Origin: Bacteroidaceae bacterium
GTDB lineage: Bacteria > Bacteroidota > Bacteroidia > Bacteroidales > Bacteroidaceae
Assembly (NCBI GenBank): GCA_024401185.1
Contig: JAKSLO010000001.1
Span: forward strand, 2,032-66,031
Direction of reading: 5' to 3'
DNA length: 64,000 nt
This document shows positions 15,469 through 25,225 of this stretch, piece by piece (positions within the stretch are counted from its first letter, which is position 1; every line of letters starts with the position of its first letter). The position numbers and the translations under genes are program-made. The notes beneath the pieces are model-generated. The model ran no database searches. It was given only the letters and a program-made list of their open reading frames with translations, and was not told where the DNA came from.

Positions 15469-17286
15469 TTACCAATTCTTCTGCAAGCGCCTGGGACCTG
15501 CATTCTGTTGCTGCTCCTGTTCCTCCTTACGCTGGTTATAGCGATTAAGACGATCCTGGGTTTGACGCTCATTCTGCATAGCCGCATTCAGCATTTGTTC
15601 GGCAGCTTCCTTGCTGAGTTCATTCTGCTTGGGTTGCTGCTGCTGTTGTTGTTGCTTATCTTGCTGATTCTGTTGGTTCTGCTGATTCTGATCCTGGTTT
15701 TGGTCTTGGTTCTGCTGATCTTGATTCTGTTGCTGGTTTTCACCGTTCTCATCCTTCTTCTGGTCATCCTTATTGTCTTGACCATCCCCATCACCACCAC
15801 CATTATTCTGGTCGTTGTTCTCGTCATTCTTGTTCAGATACTGACAGAGTGCAAGATTGTAACGGGTTTCATTGTCGTCAGGATTATTACGCAGCGATTC
15901 CTTGTATGCCTCGATGGCAGGGCCATATTGCTTATTACCTTGCAGTACGACACCCATATTGTGGCAGATTTTAGCCTTACGCAGGGGATTCTGTTCAATC
16001 TGACTTGCCTTCTTAAGAGCTTCGAGCGACGTACTGTCATTTCCAAGCATCATGTATGCATTACCTTCATTATATAACGCACGTGAAGAGGTTGAGTCAA
16101 TAGCCAATGCCTTTTGATACTCCGTTAGGGAGTTACTAAGGGCAGTCGTATCAGCCTTTGCCTGGCGATAGAAACGATTACCACGGCGAATGTAATCACG
16201 CTCACTATTCTGCGAACAAGAAACGGCAAATAAAGAGAACACAATAACAATTACCGATGCCTTATCCTTGAACAGATGAATGTGCTTGAAGAGATGGTTC
16301 TCACGTGAGAGAATGAGCACATCGACAATTAGGAGTACCAAACCAAACAAAAGGAAAATTTGATATTTCTCATTATACTCGCTGAACACAGATGCCTCAA
16401 GCTTAGTCTTAGCCAATTTGTCAATTTCTTTATTCAAGGCGTCCTGTGCCGAACTACTATTGTCCACATAGATGTATGCACCCTTTCCTGCTTGTGCAAT
16501 CTCCCTACACATCTGTTCATTGAGTTTACTCTGCACATACTCGCCACGTTCATCAATCATATACTGGGTACTACCCGGAATAGGAATCTTGGCTCCCTGA
16601 GGACTTCCTACACCCAACACGAAAACGTGTACGCCTTGTTCTGCTGCTTGTTTGGCTGCTTCAATGGCACCACCCTCGTTGTCCTCGCCATCAGTAATGA
16701 CAAATATTGCTCTATTCACGCCTTCACGCTGTGTAAAACTGCGCATGGAAAGTTCGATAGCACGAGCAATGTCAGTACCTTGCAAGGTAATCATTGAAGG
16801 ATTGATTTGGTCAAGGAACATCTTGGCACTTACAAAATCACTTGTAATAGGCAACTGGATAAAAGCCTCGCCAGCAAAGATAACCATACCCATCTGATTA
16901 TCCACCATTTCACTCATCATATTAGATACCAGCCGCTTAGACTTATCCAAACGACAAGGATGCACATCTTGTGCCAACATAGAGTTGCTGACATCGAGCG
17001 CAACCATGGCTTCAATACCATAGCGTTCACGTTCACTCTGCTTAGTGCCATTCTGCGGACGAGCCAAAGCCACCATCAACAAGGCAAAACCTGCCATGCA
17101 AAGTCCGAACTTGAGATTAGGACGCAATGAACTCACATCGATAAGCAGCTGCTTAACCAACTCAGGATCGCCATAACGTGCTATACGCTTCTTGCGACGG
17201 AAAAGTGCCCATACATGCAAAATGCTGTAAAGCAGGACTAAACCAGCCAGAATGTATAGAAATATAGGATTTGCAAAACGAAACAT
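15469..17286 (-). CDS. batB: VWA + TPR protein (BatB-BatC fusion) with Q/N/D-rich tail
   Basis: TM followed by a VWA domain with MIDAS DVSNSM. Then TM segments, a TPR block (YNEGNAYMMLGN, YNLALCQYL) and a low-complexity QNQDQ..QQQQQQQ tail. Confidence 0.85.
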   Translation of the reverse strand: MFRFANPIFLYILAGLVLLYSILHVWALFRRKKRIARYGDPELVKQLLIDVSSLRPNLKFGLCMAGFALLMVALARPQNGTKQSERERYGIEAMVALDVSNSMLAQDVHPCRLDKSKRLVSNMMSEMVDNQMGMVIFAGEAFIQLPITSDFVSAKMFLDQINPSMITLQGTDIARAIELSMRSFTQREGVNRAIFVITDGEDNEGGAIEAAKQAAEQGVHVFVLGVGSPQGAKIPIPGSTQYMIDERGEYVQSKLNEQMCREIAQAGKGAYIYVDNSSSAQDALNKEIDKLAKTKLEASVFSEYNEKYQIFLLFGLVLLIVDVLILSRENHLFKHIHLFKDKASVIVIVFSLFAVSCSQNSERDYIRRGNRFYRQAKADTTALSNSLTEYQKALAIDSTSSRALYNEGNAYMMLGNDSTSLEALKKASQIEQNPLRKAKICHNMGVVLQGNKQYGPAIEAYKESLRNNPDDNETRYNLALCQYLNKNDENNDQNNGGGDGDGQDNKDDQKKDENGENQQQNQDQQNQDQNQDQNQQNQQNQQDKQQQQQQQPKQNELSKEAAEQMLNAAMQNERQTQDRLNRYNQRKEEQEQQQNAGPRRLQKNW

Positions 17287-17390
17287 AATTTCAACTATTA
17301 ATATTAAGAACAGACAAAGAACAATTAAGAATGGAGTTCTTTATTCACTTCGACCCGTCTAAACCATTATTTTAATTCTGCACTTCTTTC

Positions 17391-18389
17391 TTATGGTAAC
17401 TTATTCAAAACAGTAGAACGAAGCAACAACTCAAGTGCAAGAGCAATGACAGCAATCAGCAGGAAAGGGAAAAACTCCTCACTATGCGTGTCAAATTTAT
17501 TGACTTGCATTTTCGTCTTCTCAAGCTTATCAATCTCTTGATAAACTTCATGCAAGCTCTTGTTGTCGGTAGCACGGAAGAACAAGCCATCGGTAATATT
17601 GGCAATGTGCTTCAGCGTCTTGGTATCAATCTCAACCGGTACGTTAATGTATTGAGTATAACCAGCCACCTTCATGGGGTAACGAGCTGTACCGTTGGTG
17701 CCCACGCCAATAGTGTACACTCTTACATCAAAACTCTTGGCAATGTCGGCAGCGGTAAAGGGTGAAATCTCACCACGGTTATTCGAACCATCGGTAAGCA
17801 TAATAACCACCTTACTCTTTGCCTTGCTTGTTTTGAGCCTGCTCACGGCATTGGCAATACCCATACCTATTGCGGTACCGTCCTCAATCAATCCTGTCTC
17901 TGCCATGTCGCACTCCATCTTGTTCAGAAGGTTGAGCAGAACAGCATGATCGGTAGTCATGGGGCACTGGGTGTACGATTCACCAGCAAAAATCGTCAAG
18001 CCAATATTATCATTGGGACGGCCATTGATGAACTCGATAGCTACCTCTTTAGCTGCTTCAATACGATTGGGCTTTAAGTCTTCTGCTAACATACTGGTAC
18101 TGACATCCATACAAAGCATGATGTCGATACCTTCTATGTTCTTTTCACTCCATTCGCCTGTACTTTGTGGACGTGCCAATGCTATGACCGCAGCTACAAA
18201 GCAAACAATGCGAAGTACAAAAGGAGCATGCACAAGATACTCTTTCCACGTATGATGGTAATGCTTGAAAGCAGCCGTACTACTTACTTGCAAAACCGGA
18301 TCTATGCGCTTATGCCTGATGATGTACCACACCACATAGGGTACAACCAAGATGAGCAACAAGAAATATAGAGGATTAACAAATGTCAT
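17391..18389 (-). CDS. batA: BatA-like VWA membrane protein
   Basis: N-terminal TMs, VWA with MIDAS DVSTSM, and a C-terminal TM. Confidence 0.85.
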   Translation of the reverse strand: MTFVNPLYFLLLILVVPYVVWYIIRHKRIDPVLQVSSTAAFKHYHHTWKEYLVHAPFVLRIVCFVAAVIALARPQSTGEWSEKNIEGIDIMLCMDVSTSMLAEDLKPNRIEAAKEVAIEFINGRPNDNIGLTIFAGESYTQCPMTTDHAVLLNLLNKMECDMAETGLIEDGTAIGMGIANAVSRLKTSKAKSKVVIMLTDGSNNRGEISPFTAADIAKSFDVRVYTIGVGTNGTARYPMKVAGYTQYINVPVEIDTKTLKHIANITDGLFFRATDNKSLHEVYQEIDKLEKTKMQVNKFDTHSEEFFPFLLIAVIALALELLLRSTVLNKLP

Positions 18390-18416
18390 AATTTACAGAA
18401 TTTAAGCTACATTGTA

Positions 18417-19541
18417 TTAACCTAACAAGTCCGCCAAACGAATAATGATGAGCACGACAATGGCTATGATGGCACATGAGCACAATGCGATGAGCACACG
18501 CAACGTCCATTTCATTCCGATACTGCGCATCTCCTCGGGAGTATAGGTAGGTTCCTCTGCCTTGGCATTGGGATCGACCTCTTGCTTCGTCTGGTTGATG
18601 TAATTGACTGCAGTTACCAGATTAGCATCATTTTCATTCACCAAAGTGCTATACTTTGCAAACTTAACCAAGTCGGCCGTTTCAAACAACTGTCGCAGTT
18701 CGGCAAGAGCCTCTTCGTCATTCTCTTGCATCAGTCGATCAATGATCTCAGAAGAAGTCATATCCATGGCACGGAATCCATAACGCTCCTGTATGTAGTT
18801 TCGCAATGTATCCGTAAGCTGTGTGTAATACTCCTTACTATCTTCTGACGCCCAGGTCTTCTCTTCCTTGATGCGCTCAATCTCCTTCATAGCCACCTGA
18901 TGAGGAGGCAACTTGGCCTTGTGACGAATAATACGGATAATGGGATTGCCTTGCTTAAGCCATACAAGCATCACAAAGGTCAGCACCATCAAAAGAATGA
19001 CAAGCAAAGAGCCATATACTACGTTTGCCCAGTCATCCCATGAGAAAGGAGCATCCTCAATATCCTTAACTGCCTCATGATAGTCAACCAGTTTACCAGA
19101 ACCATCATTTTCAAGGTGCAACAATTTATCCACATGAACAGTATCAACAGGCACAGTAAACACACGCAAGGCCAAAGCTTTTGACTTATAGTGTGTAGTG
19201 TCTATGATAACATCCATTGGAGGAAGATAGTACAAGGCAGAATCAAACGAGGTAATGATGTAGCGTTGCGTGAGTTGCATGCGCTTGCCTTCATTAAGCA
19301 TCTGGGTGTCAATAGGACAAACCTTGACGACTTCAACCCCCTTGGTGAGCATGCTGCGGTCACTCAAAGGGGGAAACACCACATTCTGGTTGGCATTGCA
19401 GGTTACGTCAAGCGTAATACCTGTTTGCTGTCCAATCAGCAATTGCAATGAGTCAATCTTTATATCCACCGTGCCTTGTGCCTTAGTCATAAGTGAGCAT
19501 AAGACACACGCTGTCAGCAGAATGATATTTTTTATCTTCAT
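18417..19541 (-). CDS. Membrane protein with DUF4381-like segment (Bat operon)
   Basis: Signal peptide, an N-terminal domain of about 170 aa, a TM, a helical segment PPHQVAMKEIERIKEE..ADLVKFAKY, and a C-terminal TM. I prefer the ATG at 19541 because the track start 19544 is TTG. Confidence 0.7.
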   Translation of the reverse strand: MKIKNIILLTACVLCSLMTKAQGTVDIKIDSLQLLIGQQTGITLDVTCNANQNVVFPPLSDRSMLTKGVEVVKVCPIDTQMLNEGKRMQLTQRYIITSFDSALYYLPPMDVIIDTTHYKSKALALRVFTVPVDTVHVDKLLHLENDGSGKLVDYHEAVKDIEDAPFSWDDWANVVYGSLLVILLMVLTFVMLVWLKQGNPIIRIIRHKAKLPPHQVAMKEIERIKEEKTWASEDSKEYYTQLTDTLRNYIQERYGFRAMDMTSSEIIDRLMQENDEEALAELRQLFETADLVKFAKYSTLVNENDANLVTAVNYINQTKQEVDPNAKAEEPTYTPEEMRSIGMKWTLRVLIALCSCAIIAIVVLIIIRLADLLG

Positions 19542-19560
19542 CAATTGTCAAATATAATAA

Positions 19561-20430
19561 TCAACTTCTTTGTGCGAACAAGTTCATCAAAGCCTGAACG
19601 TAATCTTGATCGGTACGTACGCTGACAGAATCCACATTGCAACGGGTAAAGGTATTGCGCAAGTAGTCCTGGCGTTCTTTCCACCACTGAGCCTGTGCCT
19701 GTCGCACCTGCTTGTTACTGGTGTCGAGATACCGTTCAAAGCCCGTCTCAGCATCTCTCACCTTGATAAGTCCGATATTGGGCAATTCCGCAATACGACG
19801 GTCATAGACTTGGATTGCCACCACATCATGCTTGCGGTTTGCCACGGTAAGTGGGGTTCGGAAATCCTTGTTGTCCATGAAATCGCTCAACACGAAAGCT
19901 GTGCAACGACGATTAATAACACGGGTGAGATACTCCACAGCTTGTCCTACATCGGTGCGCTGACTCTCGGGTTTGAAATCGAGCAACTCACGAATAATAA
20001 ACAAGATATGTTTACGACCTTTCTTGGGTGGGATGAACTTCTCGATGCGATCGCTGAAGAACACCACACCAATCTTGTCGTTGTTCTGAATGGCGCTGAA
20101 AGCCAGCGTAGAGGCAATCTCCACCAACATATCGCGTTTCATCTGAACCTGCGTACCGAAATTCAAGCTACCACTTACATCCACCAAAAGCATCACGGTA
20201 AGTTCACGCTCCTCCTCAAACACCTTGATGTAGGGTTTGTTGAAACGAGCCGTCACATTCCACTCGATATCGCGAATATCGTCGCCATACTGATACTCTC
20301 GGACTTCGCTGAAAGCCATACCACGACCTTTGAAGGCCGAATGATATTCGCCTGCAAAGATGTTATTGGAAAGACCACGCGTCTTTATCTCAATCTGGCG
20401 TACACGCTTTAGTATTTCAGATGTTTCCAT
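19561..20430 (-). CDS. DUF58 protein
   Basis: REYQYGDDIRDIEWNVTAR and LLVDVSGS motifs. It sits after MoxR, as in Bat operons. Confidence 0.85.
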   Translation of the reverse strand: METSEILKRVRQIEIKTRGLSNNIFAGEYHSAFKGRGMAFSEVREYQYGDDIRDIEWNVTARFNKPYIKVFEEERELTVMLLVDVSGSLNFGTQVQMKRDMLVEIASTLAFSAIQNNDKIGVVFFSDRIEKFIPPKKGRKHILFIIRELLDFKPESQRTDVGQAVEYLTRVINRRCTAFVLSDFMDNKDFRTPLTVANRKHDVVAIQVYDRRIAELPNIGLIKVRDAETGFERYLDTSNKQVRQAQAQWWKERQDYLRNTFTRCNVDSVSVRTDQDYVQALMNLFAQRS

Positions 20431-20482
20431 TGAAACTCTTTAGATTATTCTCTAATAAACAAATAACTTGTCGAGCTATTCT

Positions 20483-21481
20483 TTAGGGTACTTCAACCTT
20501 GTTGATAATTTGGCTGATGATGTCCTCGCTCGACACATTATTGGCTTCTGCCTCATAGCTAAGGCCAATACGATGACGCAGTACATCGTAAGCCACAGCA
20601 CGCACATCCTCAGGAATGACATAGCCGCGACGCTTGATGAAAGCATATGCGCGTGAAGCAAGAGCCAGGTTGATGCTGGCACGAGGAGAGCCACCAAACT
20701 CAATATAGTTCTTAATGTCTTTCAAGCCATACTTCTCTGGGTAACGGGTAGCAAAGACAATGTCGGCAATGTACTGCTCAATCTTCTCGTCGAGATAAAC
20801 CTGACGCACAACCTCACGGGCATCCAGGATGTCCTGAGTAGAAAGAATAGGACGAATCTCCTTCTTAATCTCGCCACTGATATTGCTGCGGATGATGCGC
20901 TTCTCGTCTTCAAGCTTCGGGTAGTCAATAATCACCTTCAACATGAAACGGTCCACCTGTGCCTCGGGCAATGGGTAGGTTCCCTCCTGCTCTACAGGGT
21001 TCTGTGTAGCCATTACGAGGAAGGGCTTGTTCAAGGGATAAGTGCTCTTGCCGATAGTCACCTGGCGCTCCTGCATAGCCTCAAGCAAGGCACTCTGTAC
21101 TTTTGCTGGAGCACGGTTAATCTCATCTGCTAAAACAAAGTTAGCGAAGACAGGACCTTGCTCTACAATAAACCTCTCATCCTTCTGACTGTAGATCATA
21201 GTACCTATCACGTCAGCGGGCAAAAGGTCGGGGGTAAACTGAATACGGCTGAACTTAGCATCAACAAGTTTTGACAGGGTGCTAATGGCCAATGTCTTTG
21301 CCAAACCAGGCACACCTTCCAGCAACACGTGTCCATCACTAAGCAAACCGATAAGCAGAGACTCCACAAGGTGTTTCTGACCTACGATTACCTGATTCAT
21401 ACCCGTTACCAAATTGGTAACAAAAGCACTTTGTCTCTCAATTCTTTCATTGAGTTCGCGGATATCAATTGATTCTGCCAT
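20483..21481 (-). CDS. MoxR-family AAA+ ATPase
   Basis: Walker A LLEGVPGLAKT and Walker B VLADEINRA. Confidence 0.9.
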   Translation of the reverse strand: MAESIDIRELNERIERQSAFVTNLVTGMNQVIVGQKHLVESLLIGLLSDGHVLLEGVPGLAKTLAISTLSKLVDAKFSRIQFTPDLLPADVIGTMIYSQKDERFIVEQGPVFANFVLADEINRAPAKVQSALLEAMQERQVTIGKSTYPLNKPFLVMATQNPVEQEGTYPLPEAQVDRFMLKVIIDYPKLEDEKRIIRSNISGEIKKEIRPILSTQDILDAREVVRQVYLDEKIEQYIADIVFATRYPEKYGLKDIKNYIEFGGSPRASINLALASRAYAFIKRRGYVIPEDVRAVAYDVLRHRIGLSYEAEANNVSSEDIISQIINKVEVP

Positions 21482-21556
21482 AAGAATATTTTTGTTTGAT
21501 TACTTTTCAAAATTCAGATGTAAGGCCTCCGTATGGATTATTGCCTAAAATCAATG

Positions 21557-21587
21557 CAAAGATACAATTTTTCTGTCACTTTGCAAA
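21557..21587 (-). promoter_or_regulatory. Promoter of the moxR-bat operon
   Basis: The minus strand reads TTTG, 19 nt, then TATCTTTG. The -33 element lies inside the perfect palindrome CACTTTGCAAAGTG (21577-21590). Confidence 0.65.
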
Positions 21588-21713
21588 GTGTATTTGCAAT
21601 TAACAAACGCTTTTTAAGTTAACTTAAAACTCTTTTAAAACATTTTAAGTTTTCAGATGTAAAACTAAACAAAAATTAAGCATTAGCAATAGTGTGGGAC
21701 AAGGATTTTACAC

Positions 21714-21775
21714 AACAAAAAAAGGCGGAAGATGGGAAACAAGAAACATGATTCTTTCTGATTTCACACCTTCCG
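21714..21775 (-). terminator. Terminator after the HU-LysM gene
   Basis: CGGAAG / CTTCCG outer stem with an inner AGAAA/TTTCT stem. The minus strand continues CCTTTTTTTG. Confidence 0.55.
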
Positions 21776-21853
21776 ATTTATCAGCACGTGGCATCCATGT
21801 ACATTTCTTGACACAGAATAGACGAAAAAATAGGCACAGAACAGACGCACAAA

Positions 21854-23497
21854 CTACTTCTTGCGAAGTTCCGGAATCTTGAACTCCTGCCCTACTTTCA
21901 CAAGGTCAGGTCTTTTAAGATCATTCAACTTAATGATATAAACATTCATCTCAACACCCCCAAGATATTTACGGCTAAGCTTGCTGATGGTTTCTCCCGA
22001 TTGCAACACATGGACGCACTTCACGCCGACTATCTCATAATCGCCCGATTTCACTTGCGGATAGTCGCTGGGGTTACCTACAACAGGCTTTGTACTATCA
22101 CTTTGAGCAGTCATCTCCACAGGGGTATTGTTTCGCTTACCACTACTACGTTTCGGTTTCGTTTCCTGAGCAGGAGCTTCTGCTAGTGGCGTCTTGGCTT
22201 CCTCTGTCTGTGGAGCACTCACGCCAGCACCTCCTCCAGCATTCTCCACCGGAGGAGTCACGGTTGCGGCAGGCTTTGGTTTGGGAGCTGGTTTAGAAGG
22301 CCTCTCTTTTGTCTTTTCCGTGGTTTCCTTCTGTTGTGGACCAACGTATATTTTGTCACACTTGCACACAAACAAATGACTTGAACCCAGCCAATAACTT
22401 ATCATCAGCAGAAGCATGAAAAGCACCGTCCTAGCCACAATTTTCCATGTACGCCTGTCCGCTTTTTTATCAGGCAAGTCCGCCGGTTCATCCTCCGGAG
22501 TGCTGTCTTCTGACGATTCCGAGACTTTTTCATTATCATTTGCTTTTACAGCAGCCTCTTCAACGACCTCTTCCTCCTCAACAATTTCCTCTGCTGGAGT
22601 TTCATGTTCTTCTACAGAAACTTCCTCTGTTGGAATATTTTCTTCTGTCCTAATTTCCTCTTCATCAGGTTCCTCCTCTGCCTCAGTTTCCTCTTCAAGA
22701 GATATTTTTTCTGAGACAACCTCCTCTTCAGTAGATTGTTCTTCTAAAACAGAATCAGCATTTTCCTCTGCAGTAATTTCTTCTTCCGAAGCATCATCTT
22801 CTACAGCAGGAGCCGTCTCACTTACAGCGGCTTCCACCTCCTCAACAGGAGCATCATGCTCATCGGAAGCGTCTTCTTCTATTTTAACTTCAGCAGATTC
22901 CTGTTCATCCGCCTGAACTTCAACAACCTCTTGTTCGTCTTCTTTTTGACTCTCAACAGCTTCAGCTGGATGAGCCTCAATAGCTTCAGCTTCTCCTTCC
23001 TGAACTTCAGTTGCTTCCGACCCACTTTCTCCAGAAGTAACATCTGCAGTAGCGTCGCTGTCAGTTTCCACCGGCAGATTATCGTCTTCTACAAACAGAT
23101 CTGCGCCAGCATCAGCATCTTCACTTTCATCCTCAACTTGTGGTTCCACGTATTCCATCTCTGCAAGGTCAACCCCATCGTTTAGGATGATAGTTTCAAA
23201 ATCAGCAAAGGGACGGTTAACATGATCACGCAACGCAGAATCGGGAGTAAAGGTTATCTTGGAATGCCCCTGGATATGAAAGCGTTCGCCTGTATTTACA
23301 TTTATACTGTCACGACCGCTTACCTCTATGACCTTAAAGGTACCCAGTCCTTTTATCTTGACAATCTTATCTTCTTGCAGATACTGTTCGATAACAGCAA
23401 AGAAAGCACGAACGAAATTATCACCTTCGCGCTTGGCAAGTCCGCTACGGTGACATACACCGTTGGCTAAGTCCTGCAATAGTATTTTGCTGTCCAT
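21854..23497 (-). CDS. HU-fold DNA-binding domain + acidic linker + TM + LysM protein
   Basis: N-terminal HU/IHF-like region (KIKGLGTFKVIEVSGRDSINVNTGERFHIQGHSKITFTP). About 230 aa of E/D-rich linker. TM WKIVARTVLFMLLLMISYWL, a P/K/A-rich linker, then a C-terminal LysM (HVLQSGETISKLSRKYLG..VGQEFKIP). Confidence 0.8.
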   Translation of the reverse strand: MDSKILLQDLANGVCHRSGLAKREGDNFVRAFFAVIEQYLQEDKIVKIKGLGTFKVIEVSGRDSINVNTGERFHIQGHSKITFTPDSALRDHVNRPFADFETIILNDGVDLAEMEYVEPQVEDESEDADAGADLFVEDDNLPVETDSDATADVTSGESGSEATEVQEGEAEAIEAHPAEAVESQKEDEQEVVEVQADEQESAEVKIEEDASDEHDAPVEEVEAAVSETAPAVEDDASEEEITAEENADSVLEEQSTEEEVVSEKISLEEETEAEEEPDEEEIRTEENIPTEEVSVEEHETPAEEIVEEEEVVEEAAVKANDNEKVSESSEDSTPEDEPADLPDKKADRRTWKIVARTVLFMLLLMISYWLGSSHLFVCKCDKIYVGPQQKETTEKTKERPSKPAPKPKPAATVTPPVENAGGGAGVSAPQTEEAKTPLAEAPAQETKPKRSSGKRNNTPVEMTAQSDSTKPVVGNPSDYPQVKSGDYEIVGVKCVHVLQSGETISKLSRKYLGGVEMNVYIIKLNDLKRPDLVKVGQEFKIPELRKK

Positions 23498-23500
23498 ACT

Positions 23501-23773
23501 CTACTTCAGTTTATCTTTGATGGTGGCACTTGGCTTAAACTTAATCTCCATCTTAGGAGGCACGAGCATCTTCTGGCGCGTGGAGGGATGAACGGTAATA
23601 TGTTCCATCTTCTTCTTTACATCAAAAACACCAAATCCCTGTACATTGATCTGGTTTTCTTCCCCCAACTGTACAGCAATTTCAGAGACCAAGGCTGTCA
23701 TTAGAGCCGCGGTCTCCTTCGCGTTTCTGTCAATCCTTCGCGATAATTCAGAAGTAAACTCCTTATTGTTCAT
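23501..23773 (-). CDS. HU-family DNA-binding protein
   Basis: 90 aa with GFGVFDVKKKMEHITVHPSTRQKMLVPPKMEIKFKPS, an HU arm pattern. Confidence 0.85.
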   Translation of the reverse strand: MNNKEFTSELSRRIDRNAKETAALMTALVSEIAVQLGEENQINVQGFGVFDVKKKMEHITVHPSTRQKMLVPPKMEIKFKPSATIKDKLK

Positions 23774-23887
23774 CGTTTTTTCATTTTACGTCCCGTAAGG
23801 AAAACATTCCATGTAGAAAAATCCACATCTTGGTCTGTCTTACGGTTCGCATTTTGTATCCACCAATCCTATTTGTAAATGCTCACC

Positions 23888-25219
23888 TTATTTTTCAACT
23901 ACCACACCATACAGGTCGAAGTCATCGGCACTCACTATCTCCACATCATAGAAACTTCCAATTTGCAGATTCAGTTCCTCCACCTTATCTGCATCGACAT
24001 TTCTTGTGGTTTTAATAAGCACCTCAGGATCTACTTCGGGAGAGTCGAACTCAGTTCGTCCTATATAATACTCACCCTCTACCCTATCAATAATGACACG
24101 CATGGTCTGCCCGATTTTCTTCTCCTGCACTTCTGCCGAGATACGTTGCTGCACACGCATCAACTTGCTCAAACGCACCTGTTTGGTTTCATCGTCCACA
24201 TCGTCTTCGTAATTGTCCCCTGCATATGTTCCGTCTTCCTCACTATATGCAAAAGCTCCCATACGGTCAAAGTGAGCCCATTTCACAAACTCAACAAGTT
24301 CCTCAAAATCTTGCTCAGTCTCGCCTGGGAAACCCACCATGAGTGTGGTACGAATCTCTATTCCTGGCACTTCTTTGCGCAGCTGTGTTATCAAGGCACG
24401 TGTCTCTTCTCCGGTGATGTGACGGTGCATACGCTCCAACACACTATCCGAAATATGCTGCAGGGCAATGTCAAGATAACGGCAGACATTGGGGTATTCC
24501 CGCATTACACGCAACAGCTCCATGGGGAAATCGGTGGGATAGGCATAATGCAAGCGCAACCACTGCACACCCGGAATCTGTGCCAGACACTCTACCAATT
24601 CGGCTATCGCACGTCGATGATACAGGTCAAGGCCATAGTATGTCAGTTCCTGTGCTATAATCTGGAATTCCTTGACTCCGCGAGCCACCAGCATGCGCAC
24701 CTCTTCCTCAATCTCCTCGATAGGACGGCTCTGATGCTTACCCGTAATAATGGGAATGGCACAATAGGCACAATTACGATTGCATCCCTCGGCAATCTTC
24801 AGATAAGCGTAGTGCGAGGGCGTAGTCAGTTTACGTTCATATTCCACTACCTTGGGACCATTCTTTGTAATCTCTTCCACCAACTGAGCCCAGTCGAATT
24901 TTCCGAAGAAATGATCCACTTCGGGAATCTCATCCGTCAACTCCTTCAAATAGCGCTCCGACAGACAGCCCATCACGTTCAGGCGCTTCAAATCCCCTTG
25001 CTCCTTGCGCTGCCCCATCTGCAGAATCATGTTGATGCTCTCTTCCTTTGCATCACCAATGAAGCCACAGGTGTTTACCACGGCTATCTCGCCACGAGGA
25101 TCATCAGCATCGTGAGTCACCTCAAAGCCAGCCGCTTCAAGTTGTGCAATCAGACGCTCCGAGTCAACAAGGTTTTTCGAGCATCCAAGCGTAATTATGT
25201 CAACCTTTGTTCTTTTCAT
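23888..25219 (-). CDS. rimO: Ribosomal protein S12 methylthiotransferase
   Basis: MTTase N-domain ITLGCSKNLVDSE, radical-SAM CNRNCAYC, and a TRAM-like C-terminus. Confidence 0.9.
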   Translation of the reverse strand: MKRTKVDIITLGCSKNLVDSERLIAQLEAAGFEVTHDADDPRGEIAVVNTCGFIGDAKEESINMILQMGQRKEQGDLKRLNVMGCLSERYLKELTDEIPEVDHFFGKFDWAQLVEEITKNGPKVVEYERKLTTPSHYAYLKIAEGCNRNCAYCAIPIITGKHQSRPIEEIEEEVRMLVARGVKEFQIIAQELTYYGLDLYHRRAIAELVECLAQIPGVQWLRLHYAYPTDFPMELLRVMREYPNVCRYLDIALQHISDSVLERMHRHITGEETRALITQLRKEVPGIEIRTTLMVGFPGETEQDFEELVEFVKWAHFDRMGAFAYSEEDGTYAGDNYEDDVDDETKQVRLSKLMRVQQRISAEVQEKKIGQTMRVIIDRVEGEYYIGRTEFDSPEVDPEVLIKTTRNVDADKVEELNLQIGSFYDVEIVSADDFDLYGVVVEK

Positions 25220-25225
25220 TACAAA

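Noticed and set aside
15590-15840. Microsatellite-like CTG/TTG-rich DNA as a non-coding repeat
   Set aside because: It lies in-frame inside the BatB-C ORF and encodes the Q/N/D-rich tail. It is reported as a protein feature instead.
22416-22916. 166-aa Ser-rich plus-strand ORF
   Set aside because: It is the mirror image of the acidic (GAA/GAG-rich) linker of the HU-LysM gene on the minus strand.
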